Source: Malacoraja senta
Lineage: Eukaryota
Length of the DNA stretch: 64,000 nt
Direction of reading: 5' to 3'
Assembly (NCBI GenBank): GCA_038087875.1
Contig: CM075992.1
Coordinates: 12,774,001 to 12,838,000, forward strand
Of the stretch, positions 22,776 through 35,386 are shown in pieces. The notes beneath the pieces are model-generated. The model worked only from the letters and a program-made list of their open reading frames with translations. It did no database searches and was not told where the DNA came from. The position numbers and the translations under genes were made by a program. Every line of letters starts with the position of its first letter. Position 1 is the stretch's first letter.

Positions 22776-25700
22776 CCAAGGCAAACAATTGGGCGGCAAC
22801 CAGCCACCTGACAACCAAAATTCATTATGTGAACACAAACTTCTTTTTTTTTTTTAAAGGCAAGGCAAACAATTCGGCAGCAATCAGCCACCTGACAACC
22901 AAAATTCATTTTGTGAACACAAACATGTTTTCAAAAAATGGCAAGGCAAACAATTGGGCAGCAAACAGCCACCTGACAACCAAAATTAATTTTGAGAACA
23001 CAAACTTTTTTTTTTTAAAAGGCGAGGCAAACAATTGGGCAGCAAGCAGCCAGCTGAGAACCAAAATTCATTTTGTGAACAGAAACTTTAAAAAAAAAAA
23101 GGCGAGGCAAACAATTGGACAGCAAGCAGCCACCTGACAACCAAAATTCATTTTGTGAACAGAAACATTTTTTAAAAAGGCAAGGCAAACATTTGGGCAG
23201 CAAGCAGCCACCTGACAACCAAAATTCATTTTGTGAACAGAAACTTTTTTTAACAAAAGTCGAGGCAAACAATTGGGCAGTAAGCAGCCACCTGACAACC
23301 AAAATTCATTTTGAGAACACAAACTTTTTTTTTTTAAAGGCGAGGCAAACAATTGGGCAGCAAGCAGCCAGCTGACAACCAAAATTCATTTTGTGAACAA
23401 AAATTAAAAAAAAAAAAGGCGAGGCAAACAATTGGGCAGCAAGCAGCCACCTGATAACCAAAATTCATTTTGTGAACACAAACTTTTTTTAACAAAAGGC
23501 GAGGCAAACAATTGGGCAGCAAGCAGTCACCTGACGACCTAGACTGTGGAACAGCATCCCCTTTCCCACCAGACTGTGGAACAGCATCCCCTTCCCCTCC
23601 ATCGACTCTTTTAAGTCAAGACTAAAGATTTATCTATACTCCCAAGCCTTTCCTGACGTCCTCTGAGTGAGGACTACATGTATATATGTATGTAGTTTGT
23701 TTTGTTTGTGCTATTCTTATAACAAATGTAAAGTACTTTGGCCAACGAGAGTTGTTTTTTAAATGTGCTATATAAGTAAATGTGACTTGACTTGACAACC
23801 AAAATTAATTTTGTGAACACAAACTTTTTTTTTTTATTAAAGGCAAGGCAAACAAATGGACAGCAAACAGCCACCTGACAACCAAAATTCACTTTGTGAA
23901 CACAATTTTTTTTTAAAAAGGCGAGGCAAACAATTGGGCAGCAAGAAGCCACCTGACAACCAAAATTAATTTTGTGAACACAAACTTTTTTTTAAAAAGG
24001 CGAGGCAAACAATTGGGCAGCAAGCAGCCACCTGACAACCAAAATTCATTTTGTGAACACAAACATAAAAAAAGGCGAGGCAAAAAATTGGGCAGCAAGC
24101 AGCCACCTGACAACCAAAATTCATTTTGTGAACACAAACTTTTTTTTTTTTTAAACGCGATGCAAACAATTGGGCAGCAAGCAGCCACCTGACAACCAAA
24201 ATTCATTTTGGGAACACAAACTTTAAAAAAAAAGGCGAGGCAAACAATTGGGCAGCAAGCAGCCACCTGAGAACCAAAATTCATTTTGTGAACACAAACT
24301 TTTTTTTTTTAAGGCGAGGCAATCAATTGGGCAGTAAGCAGCCACATGACAACCAACATTCATTTAGTGAACAGAAACTTTTTTTTAACAAAATGCGAGG
24401 CAAACAATTGGGCAGCAAGCAGCCACCTGAGAACCAAAATTCATTTTGTGAACACAACATTTTTTTTTAAAAGGTGAGGCATACAATTGGCCAGCAAGCA
24501 GCCACCTGACAACCAAAATTCATTTTGTGAACACAAACATGTTTTCAAAAAATGGCAAGGCAAACAATTGGGCAGCAAACAGCCACCTGACAACCAAAAT
24601 TAATTTTGAGAACACAAACTTTTTTTTTTTAAAAGGCGAGGCAAACAATTGGGCAGCAAGCAGCCAGCTGAGAACCAAAATTCATTTTGTGAACAGAAAC
24701 ATTTTTTAAAAAGGCAAGGCAAACATTTGGGCAGCAAGCAGCCACCTGACAACCAAAATTCATTTTGTGAACAGAAACTTTTTTTAACAAAAGTCGAGGC
24801 AAACAATTGGGCAGTAAGCAGCCACCTGACAACCAAAATTAATTTTGTGAACACAAACTTTTTTTTTTTATTAAAGGCAAGGCAAACAAATGGACAGCAA
24901 ACAGCCACCTGACAACCAAAATTCACTTTGTGAACACAATTTTTTTTTAAAAAGGCGAGGCAAACAATTGGGCAGCAAGAAGCCACCTGACAACCAAAAT
25001 TAATTTTGTGAACACAAACTTTTTTTTAAAAAGGCGAGGCAAACAATTGGGCAGCAAGCAGCCACCTGACAACCAAAATTCATTTTGTGAACACAAACAT
25101 AAAAAAAGGCGAGGCAAAAAATTGGGCAGCAAGCAGCCACCTGACAACCAAAATTCATTTTGTGAACACAAACTTTTTTTTTTTTTTAACGCGATGCAAA
25201 CAATTGGGCAGCAAGCAGCCACCTGACAACCAAAATTCATTTTGGGAACACAAACTTTAAAAAAAAAGGCGAGGCAAACAATTGGGCAGCAAGCAGCCAC
25301 CTGAGAACCAAAATTCATTTTGTGAACACAAACTTTTTTTTTTTAAGGCGAGGCAATCAATTGGGCAGTAAGCAGCCACATGACAACCAACATTCATTTA
25401 GTGAACAGAAACTTTTTTTTAACAAAATGCGAGGCAAACAATTGGGCAGCAAGCAGCCACCTGAGAACCAAAATTCATTTTGTGAACACAACATTTTTTT
25501 TAAAAAGGTGAGGCATACAATTGGCCAGCAAGCAGCCACCTGACAACCAAAATTCATTTTGTGAACACAAACATGTTTTCAAAAAATGGCAAGGCAAACA
25601 ATTGGGCAGCAAACAGCCACCTGACAACCAAAATTAATTTTGAGAACACAAACTTTTTTTTTTAAAAGGCGAGGCAAACAATTGGGCAGCAAGCAGCCAG

Positions 25701-28700
25701 CTGAGAACCAAAATTCATTTTGTGAACAGAAACATTTTTTAAAAAGGCAAGGCAAACATTTGGGCAGCAAGCAGCCACCTGACAACCAAAATTCATTTTG
25801 TGAACAGAAACTTTTTTTAACAAAAGTCGAGGCAAACAATTGGGCAGTAAGCAGCCACCTGACAACCAAAATTCATTTTGAGAACACAAACTTTTTTTTT
25901 TAAATGCGAGGCAAACAATTGGGCAGCAAGCAGCCACCTGACAACCAAAATTCATTTTGTGAACACAAACATAAAAAAAGGCGAGGCAAAAAATTGGGCA
26001 GCAAGCAGCCACCTGACAACCAAAATTCATTTTGTGAACACAAACTTTTTTTAACAAAAGGCGAGGCAAACAATTGGGCAGCAAGAAGCCACCTGACAAC
26101 CAAAATTAATTTTGTGAACACAAACTTTTTTTTAAAAAGGCGAGGCAAACAATTGGGCAGCAAGAAGCCACCTGACAACCAAAATTAATTTTGTGAACAC
26201 AAACTTTTTTTTAAAAAGGCGAGGCAAACAATTGGGCAGCAAGCAGCCACCTGACAACCAAAATTCATTTTGTGAACACAAACATAAAAAAAGGCGAGGC
26301 AAAAAATTGGGCAGCAAGCAGCCACCTGACAACCAAAATTCATTTTGTGAACACAAACTTTTTTTTTTTTTAAACGCGATGCAAACAATTGGGCAGCAAG
26401 CAGCCACCTGACAACCAAAATTCATTTTGGGAACACAAACTTTAAAAAAAAAGGCGAGGCAAACAATTGGGCAGCAAGCAGCCACCTGAGAACCAAAATT
26501 CATTTTGTGAACACAAACTTTTTTTTTTTAAGGCGAGGCAATCAATTGGGCAGTAAGCAGCCACATGACAACCAACATTCATTTAGTGAACAGAAACTTT
26601 TTTTTAACAAAATGCGAGGCAAACAATTGGGCAGCAAGCAGCCACCTGAGAACCAAAATTCATTTTGTGAACACAACATTTTTTTTAAAAAGGTGAGGCA
26701 TACAATTGGCCAGCAAGCAGCCACCTGACAACCAAAATTCATTTTGTGAACACAAACATGTTTTCAAAAAATGGCAAGGCAAACAATTGGGCAGCAAACA
26801 GCCACCTGACAACCAAAATTAATTTTGAGAACACAAACTTTTTTTTTTTAAAAGGCGAGGCAAACAATTGGGCAGCAAGCAGCCAGCTGAGAACCAAAAT
26901 TCATTTTGTGAACAGAAACATTTTTTAAAAAGGCAAGGCAAACATTTGGGCAGCAAGCAGCCACCTGACAACCAAAATTCATTTTGTGAACAGAAACTTT
27001 TTTTAACAAAAGTCGAGGCAAACAATTGGGCAGTAAGCAGCCACCTGACAACCAAAATTCATTTTGAGAACACAAACTTTTTTTTTTTTAAAGGCGAGGC
27101 AAACAATTGGGCAGCAAGCAGCCAGCTGACAACCAAAATTCATTTTGTGAACAAAAATTAAAAAAAAAAAGGCGAGGCAAACAATTGGGCAGCAAGCAGC
27201 CACCTGATAACCAAAATTCATTTTGTGAACACAAACTTTTTTTAACAAAAGGCGAGGCAAACAATTGGGCAGCAAGAAGCCACCTGACAACCAAAATTAA
27301 TTTTGTGAACACAAACTTTTTTTTAAAAAGGCGAGGCAAGCAATTGGACAGCAAGCAGCCAACTGACAACCAAAATTCATTTTGTGAACACAAACTTTTT
27401 TTTTTAAATGCGAGGCAAACAATTGGGCAGCAAGCAGCCACCTGACAACCAAAATTCATTTTGTGAACACAAACATAAAAAAAGGCGAGGCAAAAAATTG
27501 GGCAGCAAGCAGCCACCTGACAACCAAAATTCATTTTGTGAACACAAACTTTTTTTTTTTAAACGCGATGCAAACAATTGGGCAGCAAGCAGCCACCTGA
27601 CAACCAAAATTCATTTTGGGAACACAAACTTTTTTTTTTTAAGGCGAGGCAATCAATTGGGCAGTAAGCAGCCACATGACAACCAACATTCATTTAGTGA
27701 ACAGAAACTTTTTTTTTAACAAAATGCGAGGCAAACAATTGGGCAGCAAGCAGCCACCTGAGAACCAAAATTCATTTTGTGAACACAACATTTTTTTTTT
27801 TAAAAGGTGAGGCATACAATTGGCCAGCAAGCAGCCACCTGACAACCAAAATTCATTTTGTGAACAAACTTTATTTTTTTTAAAGGCGAGGCAACAATAG
27901 GGCAGCAAGCAGCCAACTGACAACCAAAATTCATTTTGTGAACACAATCTTTAAAAAAAAAAAAAGGCGAGGTAAACACAATTGGGCAGCAAGCAGCCAC
28001 CTGACAACCAAAAATGGTTTTGTGAACACAAACATTTTTAAACAAAAGGCGAGGCAAACAATTGGGCAGTAAGCAGCCACCTGACAACCTAGACTGTGGA
28101 ACAGCATCCCCTTTCCCATCAGAACTGTCCCCTCCATAGACTCTTTTAAGTCAAGACTAAAGATTTATCTATATTCCCAAGCCTTTCCTGACGTCCTCTG
28201 AGTGAGGGCTACATGTATATATGTATGTAGTTTGTTCGGTTTGTGCTATTCTTATAACAAATGTAAAGCACTTTGGCCAACGAGAGTAGTTTTTTAAATG
28301 TGCTATATAAATAAATGTGACTTGACTTGATAACCAAAATTCATTTTGTGAACACAATTGTGAAAAAATTGTGTTCACAAAATGAATTTTGGTTGTCAAG
28401 TCAAGTCAAGTCACATTTATTTATATAGCACATTTAAAAATTGTGAACAAACTTTTTTTTTTTAAAGGGCACGTCAAACAATTGGACAGCAAGCAGCCAC
28501 CTGACAACCAAAATTCATTTTGTGAACAGAAACATTTTATAAAAAGGCAAGGCAAACATTTGGGCAGCAAGCAGCCACCTGACAACCAAAATTCATTTTG
28601 TGAACAGAAACTTTTTTAAACAAAAGTCGAGGCAAACAATTGGGCAGTAAGCAGCCACCTGACAACCAAAATTCATTTTGAGAACACAAACTATTTTTTT

Positions 28701-30120
28701 TTTAAAGGCGAGGCAAACAATTGGGCAGCAAGCAGCCAGCTGACAACCAAAATTCATTTTGTGAACAGAAATTAAAAAAAAAAAGGCGAGGCAAACAATT
28801 GGGCAGCAAGCAGCCACCTGAGAACCAAAATTCATTTTGTGAACACAAACATAAAAAAAGGCAAGGCAAACAATTGGGCAGCAAGCAGCCACCTGAGAAC
28901 CAAAATTCATTTTGTGAACACAAACTTTTTTTTTTAAGGCGAGGCAATCAATTGGGCAGTAAGCAGCCACATGACAACCAACATTCATTTAGTGAACACA
29001 AACTTTTTTTAAACAAAAGGCGAGGCAAACAATTGGGCAGCAAGCAGCCACCTGACAACCAAAATTCATTTTGTGAACACAACATTTTTTTTTTAAAGGT
29101 GAGGCAAACAATTGGCCAGCAAGCAGCCACCTGACAACCAAAATTCATTTTGTGAACACAAACTTTATTTTATTTAAAGGCGAGGCAACAATAGGGCAGC
29201 AAGCAGCCAACTGACAACCAAAATTCATTTTGTGAACACAATCTTTAAAAAAAAAGGCGAGGCAAACAATTGGGCAGCAAGCAGCCACCTGACAACCAAA
29301 AATGGTTTTGTGAACACAAACATTTTTAAATAAAAGGCGAGGCAAACAATTGGGCAGTAAGCAGCCACCTGACAACCTAGACTGTGGAACAGCATCCCCT
29401 TTCCCATCAGAACTGCCTCCTCCATCGACTCTTTTAAGTCAAGTAAAGATGTATCTATACTCCCAAGCCTTTCCTGACGTCCTCTGAGTGAGGGCTACAT
29501 GTATATATGTATGTAGTTTGTTCTGTTTGTGCTATTCTTATAACAAATGTAAATCACTTTGGCCAATGAGAGTAGTTTTTTAAATGTGCTATATAAATAA
29601 ATGTGACTTGACTTGTCTTGACAACCAAAATTCATTTTGTGAACACAATTGTGAAATAATTGTGTTCACAAAATGAATTTTGGTTGTCAAGTCAAGTCAA
29701 GTCAAGTCACATTTATTTATGTAGCACATTTAAAAATTGTGAACAAACTTTTTTTTTTAAAGGGCAAGGCAAACAAATGCACAGCAAACAGCCACCTGAC
29801 AACCAAAATTCATTTTGTGAACACAAACTTTTTTAAAAAAAGGCGAGGCAAACAATTGGGCAGCAAGAAGCCACCTGATGACCAAAATTCATTTTGTGAA
29901 CACAAACTTTTTTTTAAAAAGGCGAGGCAAACAATTGGGCAGCAAGCAGCCACCTGACAACCAAAATTCATTTTATGAAGACAAACTTTTTTTTTTTTTA
30001 AAGGCGAGGCAAGCAATTGGACAGCAAGCAGCCAACTGACAACCAAAATTCATTTTGTGAACACAAACTTTAAAAAAGGCGAGGCAAACAATTGGGCAGC
30101 AAGCAGCCACCTGACAACCA
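22775..30120 (+). repeat. Satellite 1: ~75-80 bp monomer tandem array with ~1.0-1.2 kb higher-order repeats
   Basis: Core ggcgaggcaaacaattgggcagcaagcagccacctgacaaccaaaattcattttgtgaacacaaac plus a variable TnAm linker. Near-identical ORF-track translations recur at 23913/24947/26132 (offsets 1034 and 1185). Confidence 0.95.
23540..23793 (+). mobile_element. L2-like LINE 3' end in satellite 1 (copy 1; others at 28090-28328 and 29378-29619)
   Basis: Translates approximately as RLWNSIPFP..SIDSFKSRLKIYLYSQAF, followed by tgtaaagcactttgg...aaatgtgctatataaataaa and a (gactt)n tail. Confidence 0.8.
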
Positions 30121-30712
30121 CCTGCACAACTGCAGTAGGCTTGCAGGTGCAGCAGGCAGTGAAGAAATCGAATTGTTTGTTAGCATTCATAGCAAAAGGA
30201 TTTGAGTATAGGAGCAGGGAGGATCTACTGCAGTTGTACAGGGTCTTGGTGACACCACACCTGGAGTATTGCGTATAGTTTTGGTCTCCTAATCTGAGGG
30301 AAGACATTCTTGCCATAGAGTGAGTACAGAGAAGGTTCACCAGACTGATTCCTGGGATGTCAAGACTTTCATATGAAAAAAGACTGGATAGACTCAGCTT
30401 GTACTCGCTAGAATTTAGAAGATTGAGGGGGGTTCTTATAGAAACTTACAAAATTCTTAATGGGTTGGTTGGACAGGCTAGATGCAGGAAGATTGTTCCC
30501 GATGTTGGGGAAGTCCAGAACAAGGGGTCACAGTTTAAGGATAAGGGGGAAGTTTTTAGGACAGAGATGAGAAAAAACATTTTTCACACAGAGTGGTGAA
30601 TCTCTGGAATTCTCTGCCACGGAAGGAAGTTGAGGCCAGTTCATAGGCTATATTTAAGAGGGAGTTAGATGTGGCCTATGTGGCTAAAGGGATCAGGGGG
30701 TATGGAGAGAAG
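30121..30712 (+). mobile_element. CR1 RT fragment at the boundary of the two satellites
   Basis: QVQQAVKKSNCLLAFIAKGFEYRSREDLLQLYRVLVTPHLEYCV and LYSLEFRRLRG; stops, frameshifts and no 3' tail. Confidence 0.9.
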
Positions 30713-32843
30713 CAATTCAGGATGCAGCAAGGGACGGAAATTCAGGATGTGGAAAGGTACAAAAATTCAGGGTTCGAAAAGGTACGAAAATTCAGGACGC
30801 TAAAACGGAGGAAAATTTTGGACCCAAAAAGCACTGAAAATTCACCATTTGTAAAGGGTGACAATGTCAGGACGCGAAAAGCGAGAAAATTTTAGCAGAT
30901 GAAAGGCGACAAAAATTCAGCCTGTGAAAAGTGATGAAAATTCAGCATGAAAAAACCAACGAAAATTCAGCACGCAAAAAGCGAGGAAAATTCAGGCACG
31001 AAAGGCGACGAGAATTCAAAACGCCAAAAGCAATGTAAATTCAGGATGTAAAAAGCGATGAAATTTCAGGACGCATAATCGACGACAATTCAGGGCGCAT
31101 AAAACGACAAAATTTCAGGACGTGAAAAGCGACGAAATTTCAGCACATGAAAAGCGACGAAAATTCAGCCTGTGAAATGCGACGAAAATTCAGCCTGTGA
31201 AAGCGATAAAAAATCAGGACGCTGGAATGGAGGAAAAATGTGGATGCAAAAAGCACCGAAAATTCAGCATGTGAAAAGCGACGAACCTAGACGTATACAG
31301 TGACGAAATTTCAGCACGTGAAAAGAGAGCAAAATTCAGCATGCAAAACCGACGAAAATTCAGTACGCAAAAAGCGACGAAAATTTAGGACGCCAAAGAC
31401 AACGAAAATTCAAGATGCCAAAAGCAATGTAAATTCAGGATGCAAAAAGCGAAGAAATTTCAGCACGTGAAAAGTGACGAAATTTCAGCATGCGGAAAGC
31501 AATGGAAATTCAGCACGCGAAAAGCAAAAAAAATAAGCACACGAAAGTGATGAAAATTCAGGACACGAAAAGCAACAAAAATTTAGGACATGAAACGCGA
31601 CAACCATTTAGGATGCGAAACGGCATTAAAATTCAGGACGCAGAAAGGTAGGAAAATTCAGGGTTCGAAAAGTACAAAAATTCAGGACGCTAAAATGGAG
31701 GAAAATTTTGGACGCAAAATGCGATGAAAATTCAGCATTTGAAAACGTGGAAAATGTCAGGACGCGAAAAGCGACTAAATTTCAGGACGCGAAAAGCAAC
31801 AAAACTTCAAGGACGTGAAACGCGACAAACATTTAGGACGCAAAACGGGGTGAAAATTCAGGATGCAGAAAGGGACAAAAATTCAGGATGCGGAAAGGTA
31901 CGAAAATTCAGGGTTCGAAAAGGTACGAAAATTCAGGACGCTAAAACGGAGTACAATTTTGGACGCAAAACGCGACGAAAATTCAAAACGCCAGAAGCAA
32001 TGTAAATTCAGGATGCAAAAAGCGACGAAATTTCAGGACGCGTAAAGCGATGAAATTTCAGTACGAGAAAAGCGACGAAACTTCAGGACGCATAAAGCGA
32101 CGAAATTTCAAGACGTGTAAAGCGACGAAATTACAGCACAAGGAAAGAGACGTAAATTAAAAATGCCAAAAGCAATGTAAATTCAGGATGCAAAAGCGAC
32201 GAAATTTCAGGACGTGTAAAGCGACGAAATTTCAGGATGAGATAAGCGACAAAACTTCAGGACTCATAAAGCGACGAAATTTCAGGACGTGTAAAGCGAC
32301 GAAATTACAGCACAAGGAAAGAGACGTAAATTAGTAAGATTAAACGAGAACTTACCTAAGTTTGAAGTTTGATCTTTATTTTATGAGGAGTTACGTAGGT
32401 GATTACGTGAAGAACCCCGCCAGTGCGCCTGCGCATCAATCTTCAAAGCAGCGGTGTGAAATCACAAAAAACAACAACCGAAGTAATATAGTCTCATAAT
32501 AAAACGAGTAATACAAGAACTTCCATCTGACCTTTATGATAGTGGGTAGGGTCGTGGTGGGCACGTAATCACCTACGTAACTCCTCATAAAATAAAGATC
32601 AAACTTCAAACTTAGGTAAGTTCTCGTTTAATCTTACTATTTTACTTCGGAGTCACGTGAGTGACTACGTGAAGATTTTAAAGCTTTGTGATTTCATGCC
32701 GTGGATCAATCCCGGCTTCTCACTGCATAGATTGACTCGGAACGAGAATAATCAATCATGCATTCATAATAACATTTGTACCACAAATGCAGTATTTCAT
32801 TTCAATAATGAAATGAATCAGATCCCCTTTAAACCAGAGGAAT

Positions 32844-33703
32844 TTACACAGAACATAAAATAGTTTCTGCAAACAACCCCGCATTAACAATAGGCCGATG
32901 GTAAAAATGTTGAAACATCAACTCATTGGACCACCCGGCGGCTGCGAGGATATGGTCGACGGGGCCGTCTTTTGCCCTGGCCGCCGACGTTTCTGCTGCC
33001 CTAGCCGAGTGAGACGTAAAAACATAAGTGTTAATACCAGCAGCTGTTAAGACTTCTTTTATCCATCTGGAAATAGTCTGTATTGAAACTCTCTTGTGTG
33101 GTTTCTTGTGTGTGATCAACAACCCAGTTTCCGTATTCTCAAATTCTTTGTGACCTCAATGTATTGTAATAAATATGTCTTAATACAGAGACATGGATCA
33201 TTTGGATATGCTGCTAGCATAATTTTAAATCCTGTCACACCTGGGATAATTTAGTTTAGTAGGTCAATATAGAATGTAACCTTGTCTTCAGTTACTTCCA
33301 TACTGTCTATTTGTAATTTTCCAAGTGTTTGCACTCGTTGTGCTGTCACTCATGCCATAAGCATGAATACTTTCATACTGAGCTTGACCAAAGGTAAAGA
33401 CACACTTGATGACCATTCATGAAGTAGTTTCAGTACCACACTTACATCCCAGATTGTCACGTACCTAGGTTTCGGTGGTTTGGAATTAAAGATTCCTTTC
33501 ATTAGTCTGGAAACAATTGGGTGTGACCCAATTGAGTTTCTTTCTGAATCCAGAACCAAATATGAGGACAATGCACTTCTGGCTGAATTAATTGCACTAC
33601 AACTCAGACCTTCATCATAATAAAGTTTTGACAGAAATTCTAAACATTTGAAATATCTGCAGTACTTTATTGCACATTCTTTTGTACACAGAACTCTTCC
33701 CAT
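32844..33703 (-). pseudogene. DIRS tyrosine recombinase, frameshifted
   Basis: Pieces 33350..33703 (AINSARSALS...HPIVSRLMKGIFN..PPKPRY..WDV) and 32844..33122 (TISRWIKEVL..AGI..F.SHSAR) are separated by broken sequence. Confidence 0.88.
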
Positions 33704-34718
33704 TTCTTAATATAAGAAAGGTACTGTTTTTGAGTGCTCTTCCTCCCGGCTGCCGTAAGCATGTCCACAGTATGCTCAGACAGTCCTCGTCCCAGAAAAG
33801 GCATTCTTAAAACCTGCAAATCAACAAATCCAAACGATGATATAATGGATGTTGTTACCCTGTTACAGGGTGCAGCAATAAATTACTCCTTTTTGGGACT
33901 TTCATCAACATTTGTGTTGTTAATTCTAATATCAACAGATACCATGGCTGTATAGGCCAATCTGGTACTACCAATACCCTTGAAGCAGCATCTTGCCTGA
34001 TTTTAAGCAAACATTGGCTTATGAGGCAGAAAGGTGGAAATATATATGAAAACATACCACCCCAATGTAGCAAGAAAGCATCAATCGCCACTGCTCCTGG
34101 ATCTGGTTTCCATGAGACATATCTCAATAGCTGATGATTCAAGTCGATGTCGGTCATTCCAAATCTGATTACTATATCATTGAATACCTCTTGATTCAAC
34201 ATCCATTCTTTATTATCATGGAACTTTTCGTGACCAGGTGTCTGCTATCGTGTTCATTCTACCTGGTAGATAGATAGCTGAAAACCAAATGTTCTTTTCA
34301 ATACACCAAGATCAAAGTTGATTTAACCATTTTGTCACATGACACCGACTTAATTCCACCCATATCATTAATATAGGCAACTACTGTTGTGTTTATTAAT
34401 TTGAACTTGAACCTTCCTTTTAGTTGTGTTAGAACCATAAGCTTGGAGTCCATAGAAACCTCCTAAAAGCTCCAAATAGGTAATTCCCCATGTCTGCAGT
34501 AACACTAACTTTTCCTGATTCCATCTGCCTCCGCAGCTCCACGTTAAGTCAGTTGCACCCCCATCCTAGTGCACTGGCATCAGTTTGTAATATCATGGAA
34601 GGTTGTTCAATCAGCACTTTGCCTGAACTGCTTGAGACATGTAGAATCCACCACTGCAGCTTAGAAACAGCATTTGTTGTTACTTGCATGGTTCTATCAA
34701 AATCACCAGCATTTATTC

Positions 34719-35386
34719 TCAGTGCCTGTTCTTTAATTCTCTGCAGCTGTTGATAATGTAATGGTCCATACTGGACTGCTGGGAATCTACCAATTTTCCC
34801 AGTACTCGAGCCACCTGTCTGATTAGAGGTTTTTGCTCGTTTAACAGATTACTGCAATCTTTAATCAACTCCACCCTTTTTTCACTGGGCAAAGTAATTT
34901 GCATTTGGGCTAAATCAATTGTGAACCCCAAATAATTAATCGAGGTACATGTTTTTAACCTTGATTTCTTTGGATGAATTTAGAAACCCCCAAACTTTCA
35001 AAAGTTTGATTTTATTACTGCAACCGATGCTTCTGTTGACTGTTTTGTCCTTCCTATAATCAGGACATCATCCAGGTATGCCATTAGTACATGCCCCTGG
35101 CTCTCAGCAACCCCAGAATTGATTTTTATAAATATTCTGGAAGGGAACGTTAACCCTTTAGGCAGAGCTTTGAACTGCCCTAATTGGTTCATCCATGTAA
35201 ATTTAAAATACTCCATATCTTGCAAGTGAACAAACACTGAACAAAATGATTCAGACTTGTCAAGTCTATAATAATCCTACATCCTCCATCCTTTTTTGAT
35301 CGAGGGAATATATTTGACCCAAATTGGTGAATTTTGTAGACTGATTCTTTAATAACACCTTTTATATATAGGGTTTTGAAGCGCAA
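34719..35386 (-). pseudogene. DIRS reverse transcriptase, frameshifted
   Basis: KKDGGCRIIIDLTSLNHFV, FKALPKGL...AYLDDVLI and GFTID...ITLP lie in three separate ORF fragments. Confidence 0.88.

Noticed and set aside
22775..30120. CRISPR-like look (constant repeat plus variable spacer)
   Set aside because: The spacers are only T/A homopolymer linkers, the repeat is ~65 bp, there are no cas genes, and the context is eukaryotic. It is a satellite.
32844..34202. Phage-integrase and adenine-methyltransferase-like ORFs as bacterial HGT or contamination
   Set aside because: Both are standard DIRS1 domains and lie within the ITR/ICR-defined element.
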